This document shows positions 55,173-64,000 of a stretch of DNA of 64,000 nucleotides, piece after piece. Each line of letters starts with the position of its first letter. Position 1 is the first letter of the stretch. Below the pieces are notes generated by a model that was not told the DNA's origin, did not search any database, and saw only the letters and a list, made by a program, of their open reading frames with translations. Source of the stretch: Deltaproteobacteria bacterium (GTDB taxonomy: Bacteria; Desulfobacterota; Syntrophia; Syntrophales; UBA5619); NCBI GenBank assembly GCA_021372415.1, contig JAJFUM010000089.1, forward strand, positions 30 through 64,029, in the 5' to 3' direction. The position numbers and the translations under genes were made by a program.

Positions 55173-56063
55173 TTACGGCTCCATCGGCGCCGCCGCGTCC
55201 TTGGCGTATTCCATCGTCGAGCCGTCATAGGCCTTGGCGTTCGAGTATCCCAGCAGTTCGTGGAGCATGAACCACCAGGCCGTGCAGAACTTTCCCGTAT
55301 CGCAGTAGAGGATGACCTCCTTAGAAGTGTCCGTCCCCACCGCCTTGGCAGCCTCGGCGGCCAGGGCGTCCTTGGACTTGTAGGTCCCGTCCGCCTCATA
55401 CATCAACGACGTGGGAAGATTGACGGCACCCTTGATGTGGCCCGCCCTGGCGACGAAATCCATCTTCTTCTTGCCGTCGAAGAAATCGGGTTCGCGCACG
55501 TCCACGATCACGGCCTTGCCCAAGGCCGCCAGGACGTCGGCCTTCTTCACGACGACATCTTTCTGGAATGTTCCCCTGTAAGCCTTGGACCGGGGTCTGG
55601 CGGCCTCGGTGGAAACCGTTTTCTGGTCGGCGACCCATTTGTTGTAACCGCCGCTCAGGAGGGCCACGTTCTGGACGCCAGCGTACTTGAGCGTCCAGGC
55701 GACCCGGGTGGCGTCAACCCGGTCCGCCGGGGTGTCCATCTTGCCCAGGACCACGACCGGCGTGGTCGCCTCGATCCCTACTGAAGAGAGGATGTCCTTC
55801 AGGTCGTCATCGGCGGGCAACTCGTTGAGGAGATCCCCCTTCTTGACGGCCCAGGAGCCGTAAACGACGTTGACGGCATTGGGGATGTGGCCGGCTTTGT
55901 ACTCCTCGACCTTCCGGACGTCCAGAACGACGACCTTGTCGATGTTCTGTTCCAGCCAGCCGGTAGTGACCACAGGCTCCATCGCCGCCGCGGCGGAGAG
56001 AGCGCCGAGGGACATCAGAAAAGCAAAGGCCATGATGGTGGTAAGCAGTTTCCTTCTTCTCAT
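55173..56063 (-). CDS. periplasmic two-domain rhodanese sulfurtransferase (SseA/Sud-like)
   Basis: Signal peptide 'MAFAFLMSLGALSAAAA', 'LDVRKVEEYKAGHIPNAVNV', active-site loop 'ILYCDTGKFCTAWW'. Confidence 0.85.
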   Translation of the reverse strand: MRRRKLLTTIMAFAFLMSLGALSAAAAMEPVVTTGWLEQNIDKVVVLDVRKVEEYKAGHIPNAVNVVYGSWAVKKGDLLNELPADDDLKDILSSVGIEATTPVVVLGKMDTPADRVDATRVAWTLKYAGVQNVALLSGGYNKWVADQKTVSTEAARPRSKAYRGTFQKDVVVKKADVLAALGKAVIVDVREPDFFDGKKKMDFVARAGHIKGAVNLPTSLMYEADGTYKSKDALAAEAAKAVGTDTSKEVILYCDTGKFCTAWWFMLHELLGYSNAKAYDGSTMEYAKDAAAPMEP

Positions 56064-56072
56064 TGCATCCTC

Positions 56073-57326
56073 CTATTCGCTTATGGGTATGGGTTTGGGG
56101 TTAACCAATAAATCCAAGTTGGCCTTGGAACCGTCCTTGATCAGTTTGTCCTTCGTGAGGAAACCCTTGCGATCCTCGTGGCAGGCGTCGCAGTTTCGGG
56201 TCCGCTCGGTGCGCTTGCGGATGTTGTGCGCCGGGGTGTCCCAGTAGTTGGGCAGGCGGTCGAACCTTTCCATCCCGATCCCCTCGCTCTTGAAGCTGTC
56301 CCGGACCGTGGGGATCAGCCGCAGGGTCGTGACCTGCCTCTTGTTCTTCGGGCTCATCCCGAGCATGAAGCCCGGCTTGGCCTCCGATCCGCCGCCTACG
56401 TGGCAATCGGAGCAGTTGCGGTATTCCGCCGAGGCATGGCATCCGAAACAGGTGACCTTGTCCTGGTGCTTGAGGTGGGCGATCCGGGCCGTGAGCTTCG
56501 CCTCGCCCCCCAGGCGATGGCAGTCCCGGCAGGATGGGCGGTCCCTGACCTCCTCCTTGGCCCGGTAGGCCGTGCCGTCACCGTGGAACTCCCGTTTCCT
56601 GTGGCAGTCCATGCACATCATACCCTTCTGGTAATGGACATCGGCTGTGCCGCCGTACTCGCCGGTATACTCGGGATAGACCCTCCCGCCGTGACAGAAG
56701 GCGCAGGTCTTGCCCTCGTCCTTCTTCACGAACCGGTGTCCCTGGATGAGGCCGACGCTGATCCCGCTGATCACCGGGGACTTCACATGACAGTCGCCGC
56801 AGGAGGCGTGGCAGGACCGGCAGGACTTCTCGAAGACATTGGCGTCGAAATGCTTCGCCTCCGCCGGGGACATCCGCTCGATCACGCGGTTCCGCTGGCC
56901 GGCCGTCGTGTAGTGGAGCGACTTGCCGTAGGTCGAAACGATCCGGGCATGGCACTCCCCGCAGGTCTCGAGGCGGTCCGACGGCCGTTTGTCCCACCCC
57001 TTGTGGGCCAAGTCCTTATTCAGTTTGGAGTCGTCACCCTTGTGGCAGGCGGTGCACCCCTTCGCGAAGTGCTCATCCTCGCTGATTATTTTCCGGTCCA
57101 CGAGGAAACCCCGGTGGTACGTCTCCGCCGAAACCGGCGGAGGAGCCCCCGCTCAACCCTGGGCCTCGCCGGAGCCGAGTTCCGGCACTTTGCAGAGCCG
57201 CTTCAGGAGAGCTTCGTTGGTATGGCAGATGATGCAGGAGCTTTCATTCTTGGCCGTGGAAGCCGAAGAAAGGACCAGGAGGACGACAAAGACGAGCATG
57301 ACACCCGTTACGATTCGAGACCTCAC
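56073..57326 (-). CDS. candidate 11-haem c-type cytochrome translated through in-frame UGA 57153-57155 (possible Sec). Otherwise two ORFs: 57153..57326 signal-anchor monohaem peptide and 56073..57101 leaderless decahaem
   Basis: AAGGAG-n6-GTG at 57326, signal peptide 'RSRIVTGVMLVFVVLLVLSSASTA', CIICH, then TGA. 17 sense codons follow in the same frame, then ten more CXXCH (CTACH ... CDACH). The downstream ORF alone has no export signal. Confidence 0.5.
57123..57142 (-). promoter_or_regulatory. SECIS-like hairpin starting 11 nt 3' of the UGA
   Basis: mRNA: UGA-GCGGGGGCUC-CUCCGCCG-GUUU-CGGCGGAG. Perfect 8-bp GC-rich stem with a G/U-containing tetraloop. Confidence 0.45.
57153..57155 (-). other. 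in-frame UGA codon (candidate selenocysteine / recoding site)
   Basis: The stop of ORF 57153..57440 lies exactly 54 nt (18 codons) upstream of the start codon of ORF 56073..57101, in the same reading frame. Confidence 0.5.
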
Positions 57327-57481
57327 GCGGGACTCCTTCGGGAGATTGTGTACGGTTCCATGGTACCAGAAAGGCGGCACCGGATCAATCCCGATCAACG
57401 GCGGCACAGGCCATACCTTTTTACCCGCAAGGTCTCGCAAAGGCAGGTTTGAGCAGAGTGCCGCCGATCACGGACAGGAAT

Positions 57482-57516
57482 TTATATGTTCTATATGTTC
57501 AGGATATGGAACATGA
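57482..57516. promoter_or_regulatory. tandem plus inverted ATATGTTC repeats in the AT-rich divergent promoter region (cytochrome operon / MCP-2)
   Basis: TTATATGTTC-TATATGTTC-AGGATATG-GAACAT: two direct copies of ATATGTTC and an ATGTTC-n8-GAACAT inverted repeat. Confidence 0.4.
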
Positions 57517-57661
57517 TTCTTCCTGTCAAGGGGATTCTGCCGCAGGCTTTGTCGCAGAAGGAATTGGCCCGGAGTATGCATATATTCTGCAATCGTCCAG
57601 TTCAACCAGCACCGGTCCGGACGGGCCTGCACCAAGACACTAAAAAAAGGAGTGAAGGAAG

Positions 57662-59434
57662 ATGGCAAGAAAGTCTCTGCGTTTCAAGTTGTTAGCGGGA
57701 GGGGTCCTCATCGTCCTGGTCCCCCTTCTGGTCGTCGGTATCTATGCCTCGTACCGATCTTCGACCGCCATGCAAGCGATGGGAAACGATCAGGCGGTCG
57801 CCATGGCCAAGAGTCTCTCCACCGTAGTGGAAACGGCGATGACCGATGAGGTGAAACTCATGACGGTCCTGGCCACGGACCTGGGCCTGATGGAGCCGGT
57901 CAGCGTCAACAATGCGGCGGTCAGCGCCAAACTGACGGAAATCTACAAGAAGATCGGAAGCGGTTACGAAGGGCTCTACGTCACCGACGTCAATGGCGTC
58001 ATCCAGGCGGAGGGGACGGGCCCCTCCTCGGGGCTCAATCTCGGGGACCGGGAGTACTTCCAGGCTGCCAAGGCCGGCAAAGTCGCCATCAGCAACCCCG
58101 TCAAGTCAAAGAAGTCAGGAACCCCCATCGTCGTGGTCGCCGCACCGATCTACCACAACGGGAAATTTTCCGGTGTGGTCGGGGCCCCCATGAAGACCGA
58201 TTCCCTTGCCGAGAAGCTCTCTTCCATCAAGATTGGCCGGACCGGCTACGCTTTCATGGTGGATCAGACGGGACGGGTGGTCACCCACCCCAAGAAGGAA
58301 TTGGTCATCGAGGCCGTCATGAGCAATTTCAAGGGGATGGAGGAAATCACCAAGAGGGTTCTCGCCCAGCAGACCGGCTCGGAGCACTACCAGTTCAACG
58401 GGGTCGACAAGATCGCCGGCTTCGCCCCGGTTTCCGGCATCGGCTGGAGCATCGTGACCACCCAGGACGAGAGTGAATTCCTGGCCGCCTCCCAGGCGAT
58501 CCGCAACATGATCCTGCTGGTCGCCGTAATCTTCCTCGCGCTCACGGTGACCGGCCTGATCTTCTTCGCCCGGAGCATCACCGGTCCGATCGGGAAGGCC
58601 ACGGCTCAGTTGACCGAGGGCTCGGCCCAGGTCGCGGACGCCTCGACCCAGGTCGCCACCGCCAGCCAGTCCCTGGCCGAAGGGGCCTCAGAGCAGGCCT
58701 CGTCTCTGGAGGAGACCAGTTCTTCCCTGGAGGAGATGTCCGCCATGACCCGCCGGAACGCCGACAACGCCTCTCAGGCGGACGGTCTGATGAGAACGGC
58801 CAACGATGTCGTAAAGAACGCCAACGGAGCCATGTCGGAGCTGACGGTCTCGATGAACGAGATCTCCACGGCCAGCGGCGAGACCTCCAAGATCATCAAG
58901 ACCATTGACGAAATAGCCTTCCAGACCAACCTGCTGGCCCTGAATGCCGCCGTGGAGGCGGCCCGGGCCGGGGAGGCGGGCGCCGGATTTGCCGTCGTCG
59001 CCGACGAGGTCAGAAATTTGGCGCTCCGCGCCGCCGAAGCGGCAAGAAACACCTCCACCCTGATCGAGGACACGGTCAAGAAGGTCAAACACGGGTCAGA
59101 CCTGGTCGTCAAGACCAGCGAATCCTTCGCCAAGGTGACGGACAGCACGACAAAGGTGGGAGAACTGGTCGAAGAGATCGCCGCGGCCTCCAAGGAGCAG
59201 TCCCAGGGGATCGATCAGATCAACCAGGCCGTCACCCAGATGAACACGGTTATCCAGACGACGGCGGCCAATGCGGAGGAATCCTCCGCCGCCTCGGAAG
59301 AGATGAACGCCCAGGCGGAGCAGATGCGTCAGGTGGTGGCGGAGCTCATGGCCATCGTCGGGGGCAACGCGCAAAGGGCCCTGCAGGTTACTCACGACAG
59401 TGGGAAATCGGGCCGGCGGTTGCAGCTCACCTAG
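57662..59434 (+). CDS. methyl-accepting chemotaxis protein with dCache-like sensor (paralog of MCP-1)
   Basis: Same architecture as 20252..22057, with a near-identical signalling domain '[24 protein letters not shown]'. AAAGGAG RBS. Confidence 0.9.
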   Translation: MARKSLRFKLLAGGVLIVLVPLLVVGIYASYRSSTAMQAMGNDQAVAMAKSLSTVVETAMTDEVKLMTVLATDLGLMEPVSVNNAAVSAKLTEIYKKIGSGYEGLYVTDVNGVIQAEGTGPSSGLNLGDREYFQAAKAGKVAISNPVKSKKSGTPIVVVAAPIYHNGKFSGVVGAPMKTDSLAEKLSSIKIGRTGYAFMVDQTGRVVTHPKKELVIEAVMSNFKGMEEITKRVLAQQTGSEHYQFNGVDKIAGFAPVSGIGWSIVTTQDESEFLAASQAIRNMILLVAVIFLALTVTGLIFFARSITGPIGKATAQLTEGSAQVADASTQVATASQSLAEGASEQASSLEETSSSLEEMSAMTRRNADNASQADGLMRTANDVVKNANGAMSELTVSMNEISTASGETSKIIKTIDEIAFQTNLLALNAAVEAARAGEAGAGFAVVADEVRNLALRAAEAARNTSTLIEDTVKKVKHGSDLVVKTSESFAKVTDSTTKVGELVEEIAAASKEQSQGIDQINQAVTQMNTVIQTTAANAEESSAASEEMNAQAEQMRQVVAELMAIVGGNAQRALQVTHDSGKSGRRLQLT

Positions 59435-59460
59435 CCCCGTGGAACAGCCACTTTAATGAG

Positions 59461-59505
59461 CAGCCCCCGATCCGCCCAGGGTGGATCGGGGGCTGTCGTT
59501 TTATT
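59461..59505 (+). terminator. rho-independent terminator after MCP-2
   Basis: CAGCCCCCGATCC-GCCCAGGGT-GGATCGGGGGCTG followed by TCGTTTTATT. The T-tract overlaps the stop of the convergent OsmC gene. Confidence 0.75.
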
Positions 59506-59917
59506 CCCAGAGAAAGACGACGGAAACCTGGACATCGGGGTGGAGGCTCTTATGGACCGGGCAGGTATAGGCCGCCTGCTCGAACATCTTCCGCTCTTTC
59601 GCACCCAGCGAAGCCCCATTCTTCACATGGAAGACCACCGAGAGCTTGCCGATCCTCCGGAAGGGCTCCTGGACCATCTCCTTGACGACGGTGACCGTCG
59701 TCCCTTCGATCGGATAGCCCTTCTGTTTGGCCATGATGCCTATGATGGTCATCATGCAGGTGCCCAGGGCCGTGGCGACCAGGTCGGTGGGGGAAAAGCT
59801 TTCCCCCTTCCCCTGGTTGTCCACCGGGGCGTCGGTGGAAAGGACTTTCCCGGAAGGGCCATGTTCACAGCGACAGCGCAGCTCTCCCTCGTAAGCGATG
59901 CGGATCTCAACGGCCAT
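59501..59917 (-). CDS. OsmC/Ohr-family peroxiredoxin-like protein
   Basis: 'FSPTDLVATALGTCMMT' and 'AAYTCPVHKSL', the two conserved Cys of the OsmC family. Confidence 0.85.
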   Translation of the reverse strand: MAVEIRIAYEGELRCRCEHGPSGKVLSTDAPVDNQGKGESFSPTDLVATALGTCMMTIIGIMAKQKGYPIEGTTVTVVKEMVQEPFRRIGKLSVVFHVKNGASLGAKERKMFEQAAYTCPVHKSLHPDVQVSVVFLWE

Positions 59918-60112
59918 GATCGATTCCTCCCTGATCGTGATGGGGCGCAGCTTGACGCCACGGATATTTCCCGCGGGGCCCCATCTCCGGCGGAACCCCT
60001 AGGGAACCGCCGGCAGTATAGGAAGCAGGTCCAGGATAGTCAACAGGATTCTCGCAGCGCCCCCCTTCACGGCCGCCCGTGCCTTGCCCTGCCCGCGCGG
60101 CTGTGATACAGG

Positions 60113-61324
60113 ATGGGCGATTCTCGGGCGGCCCTGGACCGGCCGCCGGTCCCCGAGGGGGTCGGTCCGGTCCCGCCGGTGAGGCCGCCTGCCGGAGGAA
60201 CCTTGCCCGAATCGATCATCCTGGCCGCCTGCGCGCTTCTTCAGGCCTACGTCTTCTGGCGTGTCGCGTCGGGACCGTTGTTGGCGCGGCACGTCTCCAG
60301 GCGATGCCTCGTCGGAGCGGGCATTGTCCTCTGGATCGCCTTCGCCGCCGGACGCCTGGCCGGCCACTGGAGCCCGGAGCCTTTCGCCCTGATGGCAGGT
60401 CTGTGCGCGATGACCTGGATGACCCTCCTGTTCCTCCTGGCGGTCCCGCTCCTGGCCCTGGACGTCGCCACCGGTTTCGGCCGCCTTCTGCCCCGTCTGG
60501 CACCCATGCTGCGCGGATGGGCGCTCGCCGCCGGCGCCGCGCTCATCGCGATCTCCTGCATCCAGGGCCTTCGGCCGCCCATCGTGGAGCACCAGGAGGT
60601 GTATCTCCCCGGACTGCGCGGCGAGCTGGACGGTACGGTGATTGCTGTCCTGGCGGACCTCCACGTCGGCCGCACTTTCGGCAAAGGGTGGCTGGAAGGA
60701 CGGATCGACCAGGTCCTCGCCGAACGGCCGGACCTGATCGTCCTGCTGGGTGACCTCTTCGAAGGGCATGGCAGGCCCCCGGCTTACGGTGCTGCGATCC
60801 TCGCGCGTCTGCGCGCACCGCTCGGGGTCTGGGCCGTCGCCGGAAATCACGAGATGCTCGGCGATACCGCCGCGGTCACGGCGCTCCTCGAAGGTTCCGG
60901 CATCCGGGTCCTCCGGAACCGATGGGCCGAGATTCGGCCGGGGCTCCTGCTGGCGGGCGTCGACGACCTGGGCGTCGAACGCAGCCGGGGAGACGATCTG
61001 GGACAGGCGCTGGAAGGTCGCCCGCGGGAGACGACGATCCTCATCACCCACAGCCCGCTGGAGGCCGAAAGGGCGGCCCGGGCCGGCGTCAGCCTGATGC
61101 TCGCCGGCCATACCCACGGCGGGCAGATCTGGCCATTGGGCTACGGGGTCCGACTCTTCTACCCCCTGTTGGAGGGACGATACGAGGTGGCGGGAATGCC
61201 GGTGATCGTCACCCGCGGCGCCGGGACCTGGGGACCGAGGATGCGGCTCTGGCGCCCGGGCGAAATCCTCCGCCTGACGCTTCGGGCGACCCCGGAGGCG
61301 GGGCCGCGCCGAAGGCCTGACTAG
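60113..61324 (+). CDS. membrane-anchored calcineurin-like metallophosphoesterase (YkuE-like)
   Basis: 4 N-terminal TM helices, then 'LADLHVG', 'LLGDLFEG', 'VAGNHE', 'GHTHGGQI'. Confidence 0.8.
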   Translation: MGDSRAALDRPPVPEGVGPVPPVRPPAGGTLPESIILAACALLQAYVFWRVASGPLLARHVSRRCLVGAGIVLWIAFAAGRLAGHWSPEPFALMAGLCAMTWMTLLFLLAVPLLALDVATGFGRLLPRLAPMLRGWALAAGAALIAISCIQGLRPPIVEHQEVYLPGLRGELDGTVIAVLADLHVGRTFGKGWLEGRIDQVLAERPDLIVLLGDLFEGHGRPPAYGAAILARLRAPLGVWAVAGNHEMLGDTAAVTALLEGSGIRVLRNRWAEIRPGLLLAGVDDLGVERSRGDDLGQALEGRPRETTILITHSPLEAERAARAGVSLMLAGHTHGGQIWPLGYGVRLFYPLLEGRYEVAGMPVIVTRGAGTWGPRMRLWRPGEILRLTLRATPEAGPRRRPD

Positions 61325-61342
61325 CGCGGCGCGGGCCGGCGG

Positions 61343-62647
61343 TCACCGGGCCGATTCGACGTAGGCGACGATCTTCTCGGCGAGCACCCGGACGACCTTC
61401 TCGAACTTCGCCTCGTCCCGGTCCAGGAGGGTCATCCGGAAGCCGGGCAGGTCCGTAAAGAAGGAGGTCAGAGGAATCACGCAGATCCCCGTGGCCCCCA
61501 GGAGGTAGTATACGAAGCGCTTGTCGAATTCGATCGGCTCAGCCACCAGCTTCTCGATATAGGCCCGGATGTCGTCCTGCTTGATCTTCAGGTGCTGGCG
61601 GCCGTTGAGGACCGCGTCGTTGAAAACCACCGTCATGTAGAAGGCCCCGCAGGTCCGGTTCACCATGACGTAGGGAAGGTCCTTGAGGATCTTGTAGGCG
61701 ATGTTGGAGAGCTTCTCGTAGTGCTGGACCCTCTCGTCCAGGTAGCGCTGATACTCCGGATGGTCCATGATCCGCGGGATCGCCATCTGCGGAAGCGTGG
61801 TGGAGCAGACCTCGGACATCTTCTGGTTGAGGATCGCGTCGATGTAGCGGGAGAAGGTCTCGTCCCGCTCCGCGTTGTAGACCTCCATCCAGCCGCAGCG
61901 GGACCCCGGCCATGGGAACTCCTTGGAGATCCCCTTCATGCTGATCCCCGGGACCTCCCCGATGATGTCGGACAGGGGGACCGTCTTCTTCCCGTTGTAG
62001 ATGATCTGGTGGTAGGTCTCGTCGAAGATGATGAACAGGTCGTAGCTCCTGGCGATCTCCACGATCCGCCGGAGGGTCTCCTCGGGATAGACGTAGCCGG
62101 TGGGGTTGTCGGGATTGATCACGAGGATCCCGACGATCGCCTTGTGGCTCTTCACCTTCCGTTCCAGTTCATTCACGTCCGGAGACCAGTCGCAGTAGGG
62201 GTTCATCCGGTAGGTGTTCGGGGGAAAGGAGGCGTGATGGACCTCGGCCAGCAGGTGCGTGGAGTAGGTCGGCTCCGGCATGATGATCCGCGCATCGACG
62301 CGGATGGCGCTGTAGGCCCTGGCGATCGCATCGCCCAGGCCGTTGAAGAAGATGATGTCCTCCGGCGTGATCTGCACCTTGCCGCGCCGGTTGACCCTTT
62401 CAGCGAGGAACTGACGCGTCGCCTCCATCCCCTTGGTCGGGGAATAGCCGAAGCTGTGGTCCTCGTTGATGAGTTCCGTGAGGATCGCCCGCATCCAGGC
62501 GGGGACCTTCTCCCCCTTCTGGACGGGATCGCCGATGTTCTCCCAGATCACCTCCACACCCGACTGTTTCAGGCGGTTGGCCACATTCACGATATTCCGG
62601 ATCTCGTAGACAAGTCCGCTGCCGCTCTTTGCAATGTCGAATCTCAT
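61343..62647 (-). CDS. class I/II PLP-dependent aminotransferase (alanine/aspartate aminotransferase-like)
   Basis: 'NIGDP', 'GYSPTKG', 'INPDNPTG', PLP-Lys region 'SMKGISKEFPWPGSRCGW'. Confidence 0.85.
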   Translation of the reverse strand: MRFDIAKSGSGLVYEIRNIVNVANRLKQSGVEVIWENIGDPVQKGEKVPAWMRAILTELINEDHSFGYSPTKGMEATRQFLAERVNRRGKVQITPEDIIFFNGLGDAIARAYSAIRVDARIIMPEPTYSTHLLAEVHHASFPPNTYRMNPYCDWSPDVNELERKVKSHKAIVGILVINPDNPTGYVYPEETLRRIVEIARSYDLFIIFDETYHQIIYNGKKTVPLSDIIGEVPGISMKGISKEFPWPGSRCGWMEVYNAERDETFSRYIDAILNQKMSEVCSTTLPQMAIPRIMDHPEYQRYLDERVQHYEKLSNIAYKILKDLPYVMVNRTCGAFYMTVVFNDAVLNGRQHLKIKQDDIRAYIEKLVAEPIEFDKRFVYYLLGATGICVIPLTSFFTDLPGFRMTLLDRDEAKFEKVVRVLAEKIVAYVESAR

Positions 62648-62907
62648 GGTTTGCTTCTCTGCACTCCTTCATGAAGTCCGGTGATGGAAATGATAATATT
62701 TTGTCGCATATTACAAATGCACCGATCTGTCCACCATTTTGTGGATGGAATCGAAGAGATTGAAAGGGAAACCCTCGCGACCGGGATGGTTTTGAAACTC
62801 CAGGGAGATATGTCATCCCCAGGCGACCGGAAACCAGGCGATCCGGCTCGACCGGACAAAATCCTGTCCGACAGGACCGTGTCCGACCCGGCCGGACGCA
62901 TCCGGGC

Positions 62908-64000
62908 TCATTCCAGGGGGCAGAAGTCCCGCATGCGGGCCTCGTCCCATCCCCATCGGCCTGTCCGGCACTGCGGGGCAAAGGCCGTTGCCAGGCCGAT
63001 TGCGATCAGGCCGATGCCGGCGATCGTGAACATGGCCCCGTAATGGCCGCCGTCGACCAGCCTCCCGAACGCCGCACTGCCGAGCGAGACGCCTGAAAAA
63101 AGCGAGAAGGTGAACAGGGAAAAGGCCTTGCCGCGGGCCGTCTCGCTGATTTCCGTTCCCCGCAGCTGCAACGTCGTGTGGAGGCCAACGAAACCCAAGC
63201 CCAGCGTGAACATGCCGCAGGCGAAGAGAATCGGGCGTCCGCCCGGAATCAGGACGAGAAAGGAGCTTCCCATGAAGAGCCCCCCCAGGCCGGCCAGGAG
63301 GTTCTCGGACAGAAACCGGCGGATCCGGCCCATCAGCAGGCCGCCCGTCACCGTTCCGACGCCGAAGAATGCCAGGAGGAGCCCGACGGTAAACTGATCG
63401 AGGCCGTATCGCCGCTCGCCGAAAGAGCCCAGATAAGTGACGGCCCCCCACATCAGAAAGCCCTCCAGCAGGACCCCGGCATAGACGAACAGGGCGCGGC
63501 GGTCCCGCAGGAACATCCCATAGCTCTCGGCGGAAGCCGCTGGTTTTTCCTTTTTCTCCGCCCCGAGCCGCCACATCAGGCCGACCGGAACCATGGCCAA
63601 AAGCCCGTAGCCGACCAGCATCCACCGCCACGAGACGAAGTGGGCGACGGCACCGCCGATCGCCGCGGAAAAGGCCATGGCCGCCGAGGTCAGCGCCGAT
63701 AGGCGGCCCAGGACGACCTGGCGCCGTTCGTATTCGAAGGTGTCCCCGATGTAGACCAGGGTCAGCGGGATCACCGCACCGGCGAAGGAACCGGCCAGGA
63801 GGCGCACGCCGATGAACTGCCAGGTCGTGACCGAAAGGGCGGAAAGGACCGTGAATAGGGCAAAGGCGACGCCGGCCGTCCGCACGACGGCGATACGGCT
63901 CAGGCGGTCCGAAAGCGGTCCGTAGACGAGCTGCCCCAGGCCGTAGGCAAAGGAATAGGTGGTCATGGCCAGGCCGATGCTCCCCGGCGACGAGGACAGG
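62908..64000 (-). CDS. MFS transporter, 5' end beyond window
   Basis: 'GQLVYGPLSDRLSR' MFS motif A near the window edge, about 10 TM helices visible. Sense codons continue upstream of the track Met at 63966 to the window end. Confidence 0.75.
   Translation of the reverse strand, partial: LSSSPGSIGLAMTTYSFAYGLGQLVYGPLSDRLSRIAVVRTAGVAFALFTVLSALSVTTWQFIGVRLLAGSFAGAVIPLTLVYIGDTFEYERRQVVLGRLSALTSAAMAFSAAIGGAVAHFVSWRWMLVGYGLLAMVPVGLMWRLGAEKKEKPAASAESYGMFLRDRRALFVYAGVLLEGFLMWGAVTYLGSFGERRYGLDQFTVGLLLAFFGVGTVTGGLLMGRIRRFLSENLLAGLGGLFMGSSFLVLIPGGRPILFACGMFTLGLGFVGLHTTLQLRGTEISETARGKAFSLFTFSLFSGVSLGSAAFGRLVDGGHYGAMFTIAGIGLIAIGLATAFAPQCRTGRWGWDEARMRDFCPLE

Noticed and set aside
57153-57440. Treating 57153..57440 as an independent 95-aa gene starting at the track ATG (57440)
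   Set aside because: The first 38 codons lack an RBS and encode a Pro/Gly-rich stretch. A strong AAGGAG-n6-GTG at 57326 begins exactly at the signal peptide. Whether it ends at the UGA or reads through remains open (see finding).
57327-57480. Pho-box array upstream of the cytochrome/rhodanese operon, and likewise upstream of MCP-2, pyk, the metallophosphoesterase (60113) and the aminotransferase
   Set aside because: I scanned these by eye for TCA/TGA cores at 11-bp phasing. Only isolated TTCAC-like pentamers were found, with no phased partners.
1-64000. CRISPR arrays, tRNA/rRNA genes, transposases, integrases, phage or toxin-antitoxin/defence modules
   Set aside because: No direct-repeat/spacer arrays, no cloverleaf-like or rRNA-like segments in the short intergenic regions, and no ORF with transposase/integrase or known defence-system signatures. 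The window looks like core chromosome with regulon clustering rather than a mobile island.

Overview
GC-rich bacterial chromosomal segment. Gene content (CbcL-like cytochrome, several multihaem cytochromes, GAK-type cluster) suggests an anaerobic Desulfobacterota/Geobacter-like organism; that assignment is inference only. I call about 53 protein genes and see no rRNA, tRNA, CRISPR array or mobile element. The window holds an unusual number of phosphate-starvation genes: orphan pstS, phoA-family phosphatase, phnCDE, PIN-PhoH and a pstSCAB-phoU-phoR-phoB operon. Ten promoters share one architecture: four TCA-core pentamers phased every 11 bp, followed by a TAnnnT -10. I read these as PhoB boxes. 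They also precede genes not usually placed in a Pho regulon: a psd/dksA/lgt-like operon, an MCP, an EAL-CBS-GGDEF protein, an 811-aa orphan protein and a roughly 7-10 kb GAK-type cluster. That cluster (29.8-37.0 kb) has three amphi-Trp paralogs, an ATP-grasp ligase, an HprK-like kinase, a CofD-like protein, a PhoU-kinase fusion and a PHP-like esterase; it has no known function and is the best candidate for a new system. The second highlight is a cytochrome/rhodanese operon (49.6-57.3 kb). Its first gene appears to read through an in-frame UGA followed by a SECIS-like hairpin, making it a candidate selenocysteine 11-haem cytochrome. Another cytochrome there carries three tandem ~105-aa repeats. 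Hand-read motif coordinates may be off by 1-2 nt. Many long ORFs in the track are antisense shadows of real genes and were rejected.
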